Notes: a model not told the origin generated them from the sequence alone. DNA of 64,000 nt from Pseudomonadota bacterium (GCA_036336885.1 JAYZFG010000015.1:142126-206125); one strand, 5' to 3'; numbered from the stretch's first letter, positions 1 through 8,633 are shown. Program-made: numbers and translations.

Positions 1-204
1 TGCCACTACCCCCTGAACATTTTCGGCCTCCTTGGTATCAATAGAAATAATCCGCGCATGTGCGTAAGGGCTGCGGACAATCCGCATATGGAGTTGATTC
101 GGAAAATTAATATCCGCAGCATATTTGCCCTTCCCTGCAATCAACGGAGGATCTTCAAGCCTAGTCAGCCGCTGACCGAGGAGATCTTTTTTCTGAATAG
201 TCAT
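1..204 (-). CDS. Xanthine dehydrogenase/CO dehydrogenase-family molybdopterin-binding large subunit. Only the N-terminal 68 codons are present; the gene runs off the left edge.
   Basis: Own reverse-strand translation from ATG at 204..202: MTIQKKDLLGQRLTRLEDPPLIAGKGKYAADINFPNQLHMRIVRSPYAHARIISIDTKEAENVQGVVA. The R.ED..L..G.G.Y..D and RSP.AHARI motifs match the N-termini of the full-length paralogs at 18256..20565 and 55253..57604. Not in the supplied ORF track. Confidence 0.8.
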   Translation of the reverse strand, partial: MTIQKKDLLGQRLTRLEDPPLIAGKGKYAADINFPNQLHMRIVRSPYAHARIISIDTKEAENVQGVVA

Positions 205-338
205 AGCTATTTGATAACGAATTTTTAGGCAATAAGCAAAGGAACACAAATCCATAAATCGGGTCTCGGGCTTGACTATGGTGTTTTTTCACCGTTGGCT
301 AAAGTCAATAGGTAAAACTTGTTTAGGGAATAACGCTC

Positions 339-1145
339 ATGGCTGATATTATAACCAAGACATTTAAATGTGATGGCGGACTGCCAGCTTTCATTGCCAA
401 ACCCGAAAATATAACTCACCCCCTGCCCGCTGTCGTAATCATGCACGAACGTTATGGACTAGTTCAACATACGCTAGATTTAGCAGAGCGGTTTGCTCAC
501 AGCGGGTTTGTATGCATAGCCCCGGACTGTTTTTTTCAGCATCCCGACCAAGAGGCCCTTCATGCTGGTGACGACCGCTATGACATTACAGATGATGAGG
601 CAGCAAAACATCTCAACACCTCGATAAATGTATTATTATCCATGGAAGAGGTGAACGATGATTGCATTGCTGTCAAAGGCGTTTGCCAGACGGGACGGCA
701 CCCTCTGATCATAGCCGCACGCAAAAAAATAGCGGCCGCCTTGGTATGGTATGGAGCAGCCCAGGACCGCGAATGGGATACCAGTGACCTTTACCATGAG
801 CCGCTAGACAAAGTGATTGAAAAGGTCGACTGCCCTGTACTTGGAATGTTTGGTGAAGCTGACCACATGATCTCCCTTGACCATGTCCGACGATTTAGAA
901 ACTGTCTTGAGAACAAGGGTAAAAGCCACGCAGTGCATGTTTTTCCAGATGCACCGCATGGATGGCTTAACGATACAATGCCGGGACGATACCGCCGGGG
1001 GCAAGCTGAACTTGCCTGGAATGTGCAGTTAAATTTTTTACGGGAAGTGTTGTCACCCACTTACGACCGAACACAAATATATTCCCACTACGAATGTGTA
1101 AGAAGCCAGGACTACGATTTCACGAAAAACATCAGGCAGGAATAA
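339..1145 (+). CDS. Dienelactone hydrolase family protein
   Basis: 268 aa. VVIMHERYGL near the N-terminus, GVCQTG nucleophile-type motif and C-terminal DAPHGW His motif are typical of the dienelactone hydrolase alpha/beta fold. Confidence 0.75.
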   Translation: MADIITKTFKCDGGLPAFIAKPENITHPLPAVVIMHERYGLVQHTLDLAERFAHSGFVCIAPDCFFQHPDQEALHAGDDRYDITDDEAAKHLNTSINVLLSMEEVNDDCIAVKGVCQTGRHPLIIAARKKIAAALVWYGAAQDREWDTSDLYHEPLDKVIEKVDCPVLGMFGEADHMISLDHVRRFRNCLENKGKSHAVHVFPDAPHGWLNDTMPGRYRRGQAELAWNVQLNFLREVLSPTYDRTQIYSHYECVRSQDYDFTKNIRQE

Positions 1146-1153
1146 CAGCAGTT

Positions 1154-2338
1154 TTAAACGCGATGACCAGAAGGCGGCAGTCCCATAAGTACCTGCCCGA
1201 CCGGCTCATAATTTGACACATGTGATTGGCCCTGAGCCAAGACTGTATGGATATCACGGAAACGACGTTCAAATGGATTGACCTCAAATATGGCGTTTGT
1301 TCCGCAAGCCTGGAAGGCAAAATTAGCGACTTCCTGCGCCTGGTTCATGGCATATGTTATAGCCAGCCGGAGACGAGCCCGAACGTCATACGAGGGCGGT
1401 TCACCTGAACATTGCACACTCCAGTATTCCTCAATCATTTCAATGAGGAATGCTCTACTCGACCGTAACTTTGCTTCATTGACTGAAACCTGCGACTGAA
1501 TGACGGCGTTTTCTCTTAAAACCGTCGTCATACCTCCTCCAACCTTTGTCTCCGCCAGCTTTTTGAAATCCTCAAGCATGGTACGTGCAACTCCAAGGGT
1601 AAGGCCGGAAAACATAATGCCATAGCTGGTCAATAAAGGAATGTTATAAAGTGGTCCCATTTCAACCCGGTCTGGTTGGCTATCCCGCCAGGTTGTATAT
1701 TCTGCAGGAACAAACAAGTCTGTTACCTTATAATTGTCGCTCCCAGTTCCTCGGAGTCCCATTACCTGCCATACATCAATCATTTCAGCACTTGATTTGG
1801 GAAAGAGCATGGTACGCATAACCGGCTTGCCGTCTTCGCCCTTCATTGGTTCACCCGCCTCATCGCAGACCCGACTGTGACCACCAAGCCAGGTAGCGTT
1901 GCGGCTGCCGCTGCCAAAACGCCACTCACCGGTCACCCGATAGCCACCGTCTACAGGTATCGCCATTGCTTTTTTCGGGGGTCCCCACGCTAAAATTGCA
2001 TCTCGAGGACCAAATATATCTTTGCAAACATCGTGTGATATGTAGCCTGAACCCCATGTACAACCGGTACCCTGCCCAACGCACCAGGCCGTGCTAGCAT
2101 CAGCTTGAGCCACAGCCTCTACAGCTTTCATTAACATCAATGGTGATGACTCACCCCCACCAATAGATCGCGGCAGCGCCATACGAAACATTTCTTTATC
2201 ATGCAACGCTTCCATAATGTCGGAAGGCACCTTGCCTTGTGTCTCGGTTTCATCTGCAGCGGCAGCAATCTTATCTTGCAAGCCTTGGGCTCGCGTGACC
2301 CAGTCAATGTTGATAGTATCCGAAACTGCCTGATCCAT
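1154..2338 (-). CDS. Acyl-CoA dehydrogenase-fold flavoprotein (possibly a flavin-dependent monooxygenase type)
   Basis: 394 aa. The N-terminal helical domain, middle beta domain (GGYRVTGEWRFGSGS) and C-terminal helical domain follow the ACAD-fold layout. Substrate unknown. Confidence 0.65.
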   Translation of the reverse strand: MDQAVSDTINIDWVTRAQGLQDKIAAAADETETQGKVPSDIMEALHDKEMFRMALPRSIGGGESSPLMLMKAVEAVAQADASTAWCVGQGTGCTWGSGYISHDVCKDIFGPRDAILAWGPPKKAMAIPVDGGYRVTGEWRFGSGSRNATWLGGHSRVCDEAGEPMKGEDGKPVMRTMLFPKSSAEMIDVWQVMGLRGTGSDNYKVTDLFVPAEYTTWRDSQPDRVEMGPLYNIPLLTSYGIMFSGLTLGVARTMLEDFKKLAETKVGGGMTTVLRENAVIQSQVSVNEAKLRSSRAFLIEMIEEYWSVQCSGEPPSYDVRARLRLAITYAMNQAQEVANFAFQACGTNAIFEVNPFERRFRDIHTVLAQGQSHVSNYEPVGQVLMGLPPSGHRV

Positions 2339-2425
2339 GAATATTTCCTGTTCAATGATGTGCCAGATGTACCTTTACATACATAATTTTACAAAGAGTA
2401 TTGGGTTCACGCCAGCCCTTCCGCC

Positions 2426-2953
2426 TTATATCTCCAAATCGATATCCAAGGCTTGGAAAATACGAGTATGCATATTGTAAGTACCAATCAAAACCGTTAG
2501 CCCTATAATTTCTTCCTCATTAAATTCTTCTGCAACCGCATCATAGACATCATCAGGCACCTGAATATCCAGTGACATAGAATCAGTGTATGCTAGAACA
2601 TTACGATCTCTCTCATCAAAAAGATCAGAATTTTTCCAATCTTCAAGCGCATCACACTGAGACACCGTTAGTCCCTCCGCTTCTGCTAACTCCGGGACAT
2701 GCTGGTTAATCACGTACTGAACTCTATTCAGGTGAGCGATACGAATAATCACCATCTCGCGTAGCCGACCATCTAAACCAAGATCCCAACGCACCATATT
2801 CAGATAATCAAACCATCCGCGCGCAGCGGGTGGATTGTGAAGCAACATCTTATATATATTCAGAAGTTTTCCACGACGACCAGCTTTTAACTTTTCAACA
2901 AAATCCGAGAATTCTGGTTTATTTTCTGCATCGACAAGAGAAACGCGCGCCAT
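2426..2953 (-). CDS. Carboxymuconolactone decarboxylase (AhpD-like fold) family protein without a CxxC motif
   Basis: 175 aa. REMVIIRIAHLNRVQYVINQH matches the CMD-family core helix. It has a single Cys, so it is not a redox AhpD. It lies 49 nt downstream of the Sec-peroxiredoxin gene on the same strand. Confidence 0.7.
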   Translation of the reverse strand: MARVSLVDAENKPEFSDFVEKLKAGRRGKLLNIYKMLLHNPPAARGWFDYLNMVRWDLGLDGRLREMVIIRIAHLNRVQYVINQHVPELAEAEGLTVSQCDALEDWKNSDLFDERDRNVLAYTDSMSLDIQVPDDVYDAVAEEFNEEEIIGLTVLIGTYNMHTRIFQALDIDLEI

Positions 2954-3002
2954 TTGACATCCTTAAATCCATTACGAGCCATTCTGGCGCGCATAGTTTT
3001 CC

Positions 3003-3488
3003 CTACTGTTGAGCTTCCGCTTTCCTTCTTTCGAAAAGCTGAACTAATTTTATAACGTCAGCGGCATCCATTCTAGCGAGCGGTCCAGCACTATAGCTAG
3101 AGGAAACAACTTTTCCATCATCGCCAAGCAAAAATTCAGAAGGCTGAATGATACCCCGGCGGTCTTCCCACCACGCATCAATTTGGCGTGCTTGATCGCG
3201 TGTCACTCCCTGACCAATAGGAAATGAGACTTCATCGGCCACCAACTTTGCTTCGTCCCCTGTATCAATACTTGCAGCAATGACTTTGATACCCTCTGCT
3301 TCAAGGGTAGATTTTTCCTTTTCAAAACCGACCAACTGCCGGCGGCAGTATGGTCACCAATGCCCGCGATAAAACAGGATCATCTGGTACTTCGCATCGA
3401 CCAGATCTGGTATTTTTGCGGTACCCCCATCAACCAAATTTAAGGTCATGTCGGGAAAGTCATCACCAATATCTAATTTTGTTGCCAT
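3003..3488 (-). CDS. Peroxiredoxin/redoxin-like (AhpC/TSA fold) selenoprotein with UGA-encoded Sec45 in a W-U-P-Y-C motif
   Basis: Track ORFs 3354..3641 and 3003..3335 are in the same frame, separated only by TGA at 3356..3354. The read-through gives ...MILFYRGHW-U-PYCRRQLVGFEKEK..., which is the WCPxC redox motif with Sec at the first Cys position. Start chosen at ATG 3488 (MATKLDIGDDFPDM). A hairpin follows directly, and selA/selB/tRNA-Sec are adjacent. Confidence 0.85.
3330..3355 (-). promoter_or_regulatory. SECIS-like mRNA hairpin immediately 3' of the in-frame UGA of the peroxiredoxin-like gene
   Basis: mRNA U-GACCA-U-ACUGCC-GCC-GGCAGU-UGGUC. This is a 5-bp lower stem, a bulged U, a 6-bp upper stem and a small G-containing apical loop, starting within the UGA codon. 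Confidence 0.6.
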
Positions 3489-3615
3489 TAATTTACTCCG
3501 TTTAAAAACAACCTCATTTTCTATCACCTTTCTAAAAATGCAATACCGACAATTGCTGAATTGAATAAATAGTCCTAATCTGACAATAGAATATCTTTGA
3601 AGGAGAAAAAATCGT

Positions 3616-4290
3616 ATGGATCCCCGTTTTGAACAATTCAAGGACTTGGACTGGGGCTCTATGAGCTACCCAGAAAAGAGAGAGGTTTGGCTCCAGATAT
3701 CCGATATCAGTGCCGAAGACTTTGACACGATGATGGCCGCGCAAAAAGCTCGTCAAGACCAAGTGCCGAAGATCGGCGAATTAGCGCCAGACTTCAAACT
3801 AGAGCGTCTAGACAGAACCAGAAGACGTACCGGAGAGTATGTAAAACTTTCAGACCTGAGAGGAAAGTCGGTAGCGCTATGTTTTGGTTCTTATACCTGA
3901 CCACCCTTTCGTGAACAGTCCGTGAGACTGAACGAAATTTACGAGGCAAATAAAGACAATATTGAATTTTTTCTGGTTTATGTACGTGAGGCACACCCTT
4001 CAGATGGCTGGCAGACACTTCAAAATCTTGAGCCTGAGATCTTTTATAAGGCCCCTAAGACAGCTGACGAACGTGCTGAAATCGGTCATGCCTGCCAGGT
4101 TGGTCTTGATCTCAGATACCCAATGCTCATCGATGGTCTCGATGACGAAACGGAAAAGAATTACGTGGCCGCACCAATCCGATTATTTGTCATCGGCCCG
4201 GATGGCAAAATTACTTATGCCGGGAAGGAAGGCCCACACTTATTTGACCCGGATGGCTGGGAGCAAGCTATCAAAGCACAATCCATATAA
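3616..4290 (+). CDS. Iodothyronine deiodinase-like (thioredoxin-fold) selenoprotein with UGA-encoded Sec95
   Basis: Track ORFs 3616..3900 and 3922..4290 share a frame and are joined through TGA 3898..3900. The read-through gives SVALCFGSYT-U-PPFREQSVRLNEIYEANKDNIEFFLVYVREAHPSDGW. This parallels the vertebrate deiodinase core FGS.TUP.F...(V/I)Y(I/V).EAH.SDGW, and later Y.A.P.RL..I...G.I.Y.G..GP. AAGGAG lies about 8 nt upstream of the ATG. Confidence 0.88.
3908..3936 (+). promoter_or_regulatory. SECIS-like mRNA hairpin 3' of the in-frame UGA of the deiodinase-like gene
   Basis: UUCGU-GAA-CAGUC-[CGUGA]-GACUG-A-ACGAA. Two 5-bp helices are separated by an internal loop. The apical loop contains GU and starts 23 nt after the U of UGA, within the usual bacterial SECIS spacing. 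Confidence 0.6.
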
Positions 4291-4308
4291 ATTAAATCAC
4301 TATGAAGC

Positions 4309-4340
4309 CCGGTGGGGACCTAGATGACAGCCCCCACCGG
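4309..4340 (+). promoter_or_regulatory. Hairpin sequestering the selA Shine-Dalgarno region, with the selA start codon in its loop
   Basis: CCGGTGGGG (4309..4317) is perfectly complementary to CCCCACCGG (4332..4340): 9 bp, 8 of them G:C. The 14-nt loop carries ATG 4324..4326, the 5' arm contains the SD-like GGTGGGG, and the 3' arm is selA codons 3-6. No U-tract follows, so it is not a canonical terminator. Confidence 0.5.
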
Positions 4341-5748
4341 AAATATCCTCTCACTAATACCCTCAGTAGATAAGCTTTTACGAACGACGGGTGCTAAAAG
4401 CCTCATCAATTCTTTTGGTCGCCAGTCTGTAACCAACATTGTACGTGAAGAACTTGCAACTCTCAGAGCAACTCTTTCGCATAACGGGGGAGAATCAGTC
4501 CGCGAGATCTCTATCCAACAAATTTTGCAAACTGTAGCCGAGCGACTTGAAAAAAATCTTAAACCATCACTGAAATCGGTTTTAAATTTGACCGGGACAG
4601 TGCTCCATACAAACCTGGGACGCGCGCCCCTCCCTAAAGAGGCAATTAAGGCAATGGCCGAGGTGGCCGAAGGTGCCAGCAACCTTGAATACAACCTTGA
4701 TTCGGGGAAGCGAGGAGACCGAGATACGCATCTTGAAGATATATTAATTAATCTCATTGGTTCAGAGGCGGTAACAATTGTTAATAATAATGCTGCGGCT
4801 GTTCTTCTCATTCTAAATTCCCTGGCTCTTCGTAAAGAGGTTCTCGTCTCTCGCGGTGAGTTGATTGAAATAGGTGGTGCTTTTCGTATCCCAGAGATAA
4901 TGAAACGTGCCGGAGTGAAACTTCGAGAAGTGGGAACGACTAACCGGACTCATTATCGTGACTTTGCCGAGTCAATTGATACAAAAACCGCAATGGTGAT
5001 GAAAGTCCACACCAGCAATTATGTGGTACAGGGATTTACTGCAGCTGTCCCAGAGCCAGAGTTGGCAGAAATAGCTCACTCAAATCAGCTGCCATTCGTA
5101 ACAGACCTTGGAAGCGGGACAATGATCAATTTGGAGAAATACGGACTGCCCCACGAACCAACTGTTCAGGAGGCCCTTGCCAACGGAGCTGACCTAGTGA
5201 GTTTCAGTGGTGACAAGTTACTCGGCGGCCCGCAAGCCGGCATAATTGCGGGGCGGGGCGACCTAATAAAGAAAATAAAAAGGAACCCCATGAAAAGGGC
5301 TATGCGGTGCGATAAAATGACTATTGCGGCCCTTACAACAATTTTACACCTATATTCCGATCCCGACAGCGTCGCTACGCGCATACCCGTTCTAAGATTG
5401 CTAACCCGGACACCAGAGGAGATTTTTAAAACCGCGGAGAGGCTGAACCCGATTATAAACAAAAGCCTGGGTGAAGATTTTTTAAGCGATATTCAACCAT
5501 GCAAGAGTCAGATCGGTAGTGGAGCCATGCCAACTGAAAGGCTAGAAAGTTTCGCCCTGGTAATAAAACCACACAAATCCAAATCGACAGGCACTATTTT
5601 AGCACGTCTGGCCTCTTCATTTCGTAAATTACCTGTGCCGGTGATTGGGCGCATCCAAGATAATGCCTTATGGTTGGATTTACGTTGTCTGGAAGCCAAT
5701 CATGAAAAATCTTTCATCAACCAAATAAAAACACTGTCAATAAATTGA
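4324..5748 (+). CDS. selA: L-seryl-tRNA(Sec) selenium transferase
   Basis: 474 aa. N-terminal LIPSVDKLL, the PLP-lysine region [16 protein letters not shown] and the overall length are typical of SelA. It is followed by selB and tRNA-Sec. Confidence 0.93.
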   Translation: MTAPTGNILSLIPSVDKLLRTTGAKSLINSFGRQSVTNIVREELATLRATLSHNGGESVREISIQQILQTVAERLEKNLKPSLKSVLNLTGTVLHTNLGRAPLPKEAIKAMAEVAEGASNLEYNLDSGKRGDRDTHLEDILINLIGSEAVTIVNNNAAAVLLILNSLALRKEVLVSRGELIEIGGAFRIPEIMKRAGVKLREVGTTNRTHYRDFAESIDTKTAMVMKVHTSNYVVQGFTAAVPEPELAEIAHSNQLPFVTDLGSGTMINLEKYGLPHEPTVQEALANGADLVSFSGDKLLGGPQAGIIAGRGDLIKKIKRNPMKRAMRCDKMTIAALTTILHLYSDPDSVATRIPVLRLLTRTPEEIFKTAERLNPIINKSLGEDFLSDIQPCKSQIGSGAMPTERLESFALVIKPHKSKSTGTILARLASSFRKLPVPVIGRIQDNALWLDLRCLEANHEKSFINQIKTLSIN

Positions 5749-7658
5749 TCATTGCAACATCTGGACATATCGACCACGGCAAAACAATACTGGTAAAAGC
5801 ACTAACGGGTATCGATACGGATCGGCTTCCTGAAGAAAAAACTCGAGGTATTTCCATCGACCTAGGCTACGCATATCGCGAACTGGATCATGATAAAATT
5901 CTTGGTTTTGTCGATGTACCGGGTCACGAAAAATTTGTCCGGAATATGCTGGCGGGTGTTACTGGTATTGATTATGCCTTGCTAGTGATCGCCGCCGATG
6001 ATGGCCCTATGCCGCAAACGGAGGAACACCTCGCAATTCTTGACCTGCTTGGCGTTTCAGGAGGTGCTGTTGCGATAACCAAAATTGATCGTGTTGAGGC
6101 TAGTCGGTTAGAGGAAGTTATTACACTCACTGAGATTCTGCTTGATGATACCAGCCTTAGTGGGGCACCAATTTTTCCTGTCTCGGGCATCACCGGAGTT
6201 GGGGTCACTGAGTTATGGTCCCATTTGAAAACCCTAGCTTCTAATTTTACAAGCAGCCGGCGTGGCGGAAATTTTAGGCTCGCTATTGATCGGTGTTTTA
6301 CGGTACCTGGCGCCGGGTTGGTTGTTACAGGCAGTGTTTTTTCAGGTGATGTAAAAATCGGAGAGCGATTAACTCTATCACCAGCAGGCATACAGGTCAG
6401 GGTGCGGGGTATTCATGCCCAGAACCGAAATGCGGAAAGTGGAGAGGTGGGCCAGCGCTGTGCGATTAACATTACCGGGCCGGATATACAGAAAGGTCAG
6501 ATACATCGCGGCGATTGGTTATTAGATGAGGCAGTTCACGCCCCTACACGACGTTTTGACGCGCGTATTCGGTTACTTAAATCCGAGGCACGGCCTTTAA
6601 AACATTGGAGCCCCGTTCACCTGCATACAGGAACCGCTGACATCAGCGCGCGAGTAGCCTTACTTGATGGAAAATCTATTCTGCCCGGGGATACTGGGCG
6701 TGTACAGTTAGTCCTTGATGAATCTATTGGGGTTTTACATGGAGACCGCTTGATCCTTCGTGATCAATCGGCACGCCGGACTATAGCTGGTGGTGATGTT
6801 ATAGACCCCTTTGCTCCTGCGCGGGGCCGTTCTAGACCGGAGCGGCTAGCCGCCGTCTCTGCGATGGAAATTAAAGAACCTCAAGAAGCTTTAACATCTC
6901 TAATTCTAGCGGAACCGAACGGTACCAATTTATCGAATTTTTCTATCAGTCGAAATCTAACAGCTGACGATGCGGCCGCCGTCTGGTCCAATACCGATAT
7001 AGTTATTTCACACCAGGATAAACAAAAATTAGGGTTTTCTGAAAATCGTTGGGACGTTTTGTGCAAGAGTATTTTGATGGGACTAGAACAATGGCACAGG
7101 GAAAAGCCGGATCAGCTTGGACTTGCAGCGAACAATCTCAGGCTAAGCCTAAACCCTAGACCGCCTTTACCATTCTATAATGCCGCAATCGGATATTTAG
7201 CAACGAGCGGCAAGATCTTGCTTGCTAACCGGCAACTGCGCCTTCCCGGCCACCAAACCAGCATCAGTGCACAAGACAAAAAACTATGGGCCGAGGTCCG
7301 GCAAACTATGGAAAATGCCGGGCTAAGACCTTTATCACTAAATGAAGTTGCTGATGAAATGGACATCAAGGCAAATACATTGATTGCCTTTATGCGTCGT
7401 GCCGCTAAATCAGGCTTCGTCATTCAAATATCCAAAAATCGGTTTTTATTGCCAGAGGCAATAAATGAACTCGCCGAAATTGCAGAAATACTCGGCAAGG
7501 ATGGCAAAATAACAGCGGGTGACTTTCGCGATCGGTCTGTAATTGGGCGAAATATGGCTATAGAAGTGTTGGAGTTCTTCGATAAGGCGGGATTGACTAA
7601 ACGCACCGGCAATTCGCGGGAAATTGTCAAACCTGCAATAGAAGTTTTTGGAAGATAG
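5745..7658 (+). CDS. selB: Selenocysteine-specific translation elongation factor
   Basis: 637 aa. (M)[13 protein letters not shown]...[19 protein letters not shown]...DVPGHEKF closely parallels the E. coli SelB N-terminus, and the long C-terminal extension is consistent with the SECIS-binding winged-helix domains. The TTG start overlaps the selA stop (TTGA). Confidence 0.93.
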   Translation: MIIATSGHIDHGKTILVKALTGIDTDRLPEEKTRGISIDLGYAYRELDHDKILGFVDVPGHEKFVRNMLAGVTGIDYALLVIAADDGPMPQTEEHLAILDLLGVSGGAVAITKIDRVEASRLEEVITLTEILLDDTSLSGAPIFPVSGITGVGVTELWSHLKTLASNFTSSRRGGNFRLAIDRCFTVPGAGLVVTGSVFSGDVKIGERLTLSPAGIQVRVRGIHAQNRNAESGEVGQRCAINITGPDIQKGQIHRGDWLLDEAVHAPTRRFDARIRLLKSEARPLKHWSPVHLHTGTADISARVALLDGKSILPGDTGRVQLVLDESIGVLHGDRLILRDQSARRTIAGGDVIDPFAPARGRSRPERLAAVSAMEIKEPQEALTSLILAEPNGTNLSNFSISRNLTADDAAAVWSNTDIVISHQDKQKLGFSENRWDVLCKSILMGLEQWHREKPDQLGLAANNLRLSLNPRPPLPFYNAAIGYLATSGKILLANRQLRLPGHQTSISAQDKKLWAEVRQTMENAGLRPLSLNEVADEMDIKANTLIAFMRRAAKSGFVIQISKNRFLLPEAINELAEIAEILGKDGKITAGDFRDRSVIGRNMAIEVLEFFDKAGLTKRTGNSREIVKPAIEVFGR

Positions 7659-7700
7659 GATTTACGTGGCGTCATAAAGATTTTAAATATTAGAAATTGC

Positions 7701-7796
7701 GGAAGGGATTCGTGAGCCGGTGCTGCGCTCGGGCTTCAAACCCGTTGAGGGGCGTTAAACGTGCCTGGTGGGTTCAACTCCCACTCTCTTCCGCCA
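7701..7796 (+). tRNA. selC: tRNA-Sec (anticodon UCA)
   Basis: 96 nt. It has an 8-bp acceptor stem (GGAAGGGA / UCUCUUCC with one G:U), an anticodon loop CUUCAAA presenting UCA, and a long variable arm (about GAGGGGCG-UUAAA-CGUGCCUG). The T arm is GUGGG-UUCAACU-CCCAC, followed by discriminator G and an encoded CCA. It lies 42 nt downstream of selB on the same strand. Confidence 0.9.
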
Positions 7797-7919
7797 TCCC
7801 ATTTTTTTTAAATTTATGTATTGTGATTCACAAACAAAACACATAAATAACAGCCAAATTTTGTTTACTTCAACAATTAAACTTATTTGGTGGATTGATA
7901 AAATGAGAAGGACAAGCCA

Positions 7920-8600
7920 ATGGTCGTCAAAAATCCGCTAATGCAACTATTTGGAAAATCGCCGTTTACTCCCCTGCAAGAACATGTACGAGTTGTTATT
8001 CAATGTGCAAATGAGGTGCCTGTTCTTTTTAAAGCGGTCAAGAGTGGCAAAGCCGAGAAAGTAGAAGCCTCTCGTCAGCGAATTTATGAACTTGAAAACC
8101 AAGCCGATGAAATCAAGAATGAACTTCGTGCTCATCTCCCCAAAAGTATATTCATGCCTGTCGATCGACGGGATCTCTTGGAAATTTTAGACCTCCAGGA
8201 CTCCATTGCTGATACGGCCCAAGACATTGCAGGGATGATGGTCGCCAGACCCATGTCGTTACCAGACAGGGTTTATGAACCCATGATGGAACTAACCGAA
8301 CAATGTGTAGGTGTTTGCAATCATCTTGGTCAGATTATGGAAGAACTTGACAAACTTTTGGAAACTGGTTTTCGCGGGCCGGAAGCGGAGAAAGTTTTGT
8401 TAATGCTTGACCATCTCAACGAGAAAGAAACACAAACCGACATCCAAGCCGTGAAAGTTATGCAACTCTTATTTAAATCTGAAAATGAAATTGGTCCCGT
8501 ATCAACAATCATGTGGGATCGCGTTATTCACTGGATAGGAGACCTTGCAAACTATTCGGAAAGATCTGGAAACCGACACCGCCTACTGCTTGCCCGCTAA
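7920..8600 (+). CDS. DUF47/TIGR00153-type PhoU-like protein, the usual partner of PiT phosphate transporters
   Basis: 226 aa helical protein (…ENQADEIKNELRAHLPKSIFMPVDRRDLLEILDLQDSIAD…) directly upstream of a PiT gene. AGAAGGA lies 7 nt upstream of the ATG. Confidence 0.8.
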   Translation: MVVKNPLMQLFGKSPFTPLQEHVRVVIQCANEVPVLFKAVKSGKAEKVEASRQRIYELENQADEIKNELRAHLPKSIFMPVDRRDLLEILDLQDSIADTAQDIAGMMVARPMSLPDRVYEPMMELTEQCVGVCNHLGQIMEELDKLLETGFRGPEAEKVLLMLDHLNEKETQTDIQAVKVMQLLFKSENEIGPVSTIMWDRVIHWIGDLANYSERSGNRHRLLLAR

Positions 8601-8633
8601 TTAAAAGATATTTATTTGTAAAGTAATCACTTC

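Noticed and set aside
2426-2953. CMD/AhpD-like gene downstream of the Sec-peroxiredoxin as its dedicated AhpD-type reductase
   Set aside because: The protein has only one cysteine and no CxxC (or UxxC) motif in the AhpD active-site helix, so a disulfide-reductase role is not supported by the sequence.
3290-3309. Second hairpin in the Prx mRNA (UACCCU-UGAAGCAG-AGGGUA) as the SECIS element
   Set aside because: It lies about 47-66 nt downstream of the UGA, beyond the usual bacterial SECIS spacing. The hairpin starting at the UGA itself fits better.
3550-3563. Small palindrome CAATT-GCTG-AATTG in the divergent region between the two selenoprotein genes, as an operator
   Set aside because: 5-bp AT-rich arms are expected by chance in an AT-rich intergenic region, and there is no second copy or known consensus.
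3489-3641. Long N-terminal extension of the track ORF 3354..3641 (MNCSKRGSIRFFLLQRYSIV…)
   Set aside because: The extension is low-complexity, has no family resemblance and runs into the divergent promoter region. Redoxin homology begins at MATKLDIGDDFPDM (ATG 3488).
3003-4290. Reading the two split ORF pairs (3003..3335 + 3354..3641, and 3616..3900 + 3922..4290) as pseudogenes or nonsense mutations
   Set aside because: In both cases the single TGA falls exactly at the redox-active Cys/Sec position of a thioredoxin-fold motif (W-U-P-Y-C and FGSYT-U-PPF). The frame is preserved and family-typical sequence continues downstream. A hairpin follows each TGA, and selA, selB and tRNA-Sec are adjacent. 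Sec decoding is the far better explanation.
4320-6391. Antisense ORFs inside selA and selB (4320..4811, 5166..5462, 5972..6391 on the minus strand)
   Set aside because: They are fully embedded opposite well-supported genes. Their Arg/Ser/Pro-rich, low-complexity translations are typical of shadow frames, and they show no motifs.
7797-7812. T-run after tRNA-Sec (TCCCATTTTTTTTA) as an intrinsic terminator
   Set aside because: There is no independent GC-rich stem upstream other than the tRNA's own acceptor/T arms. It is plausible but not separable from the tRNA, so it is not called as a feature.
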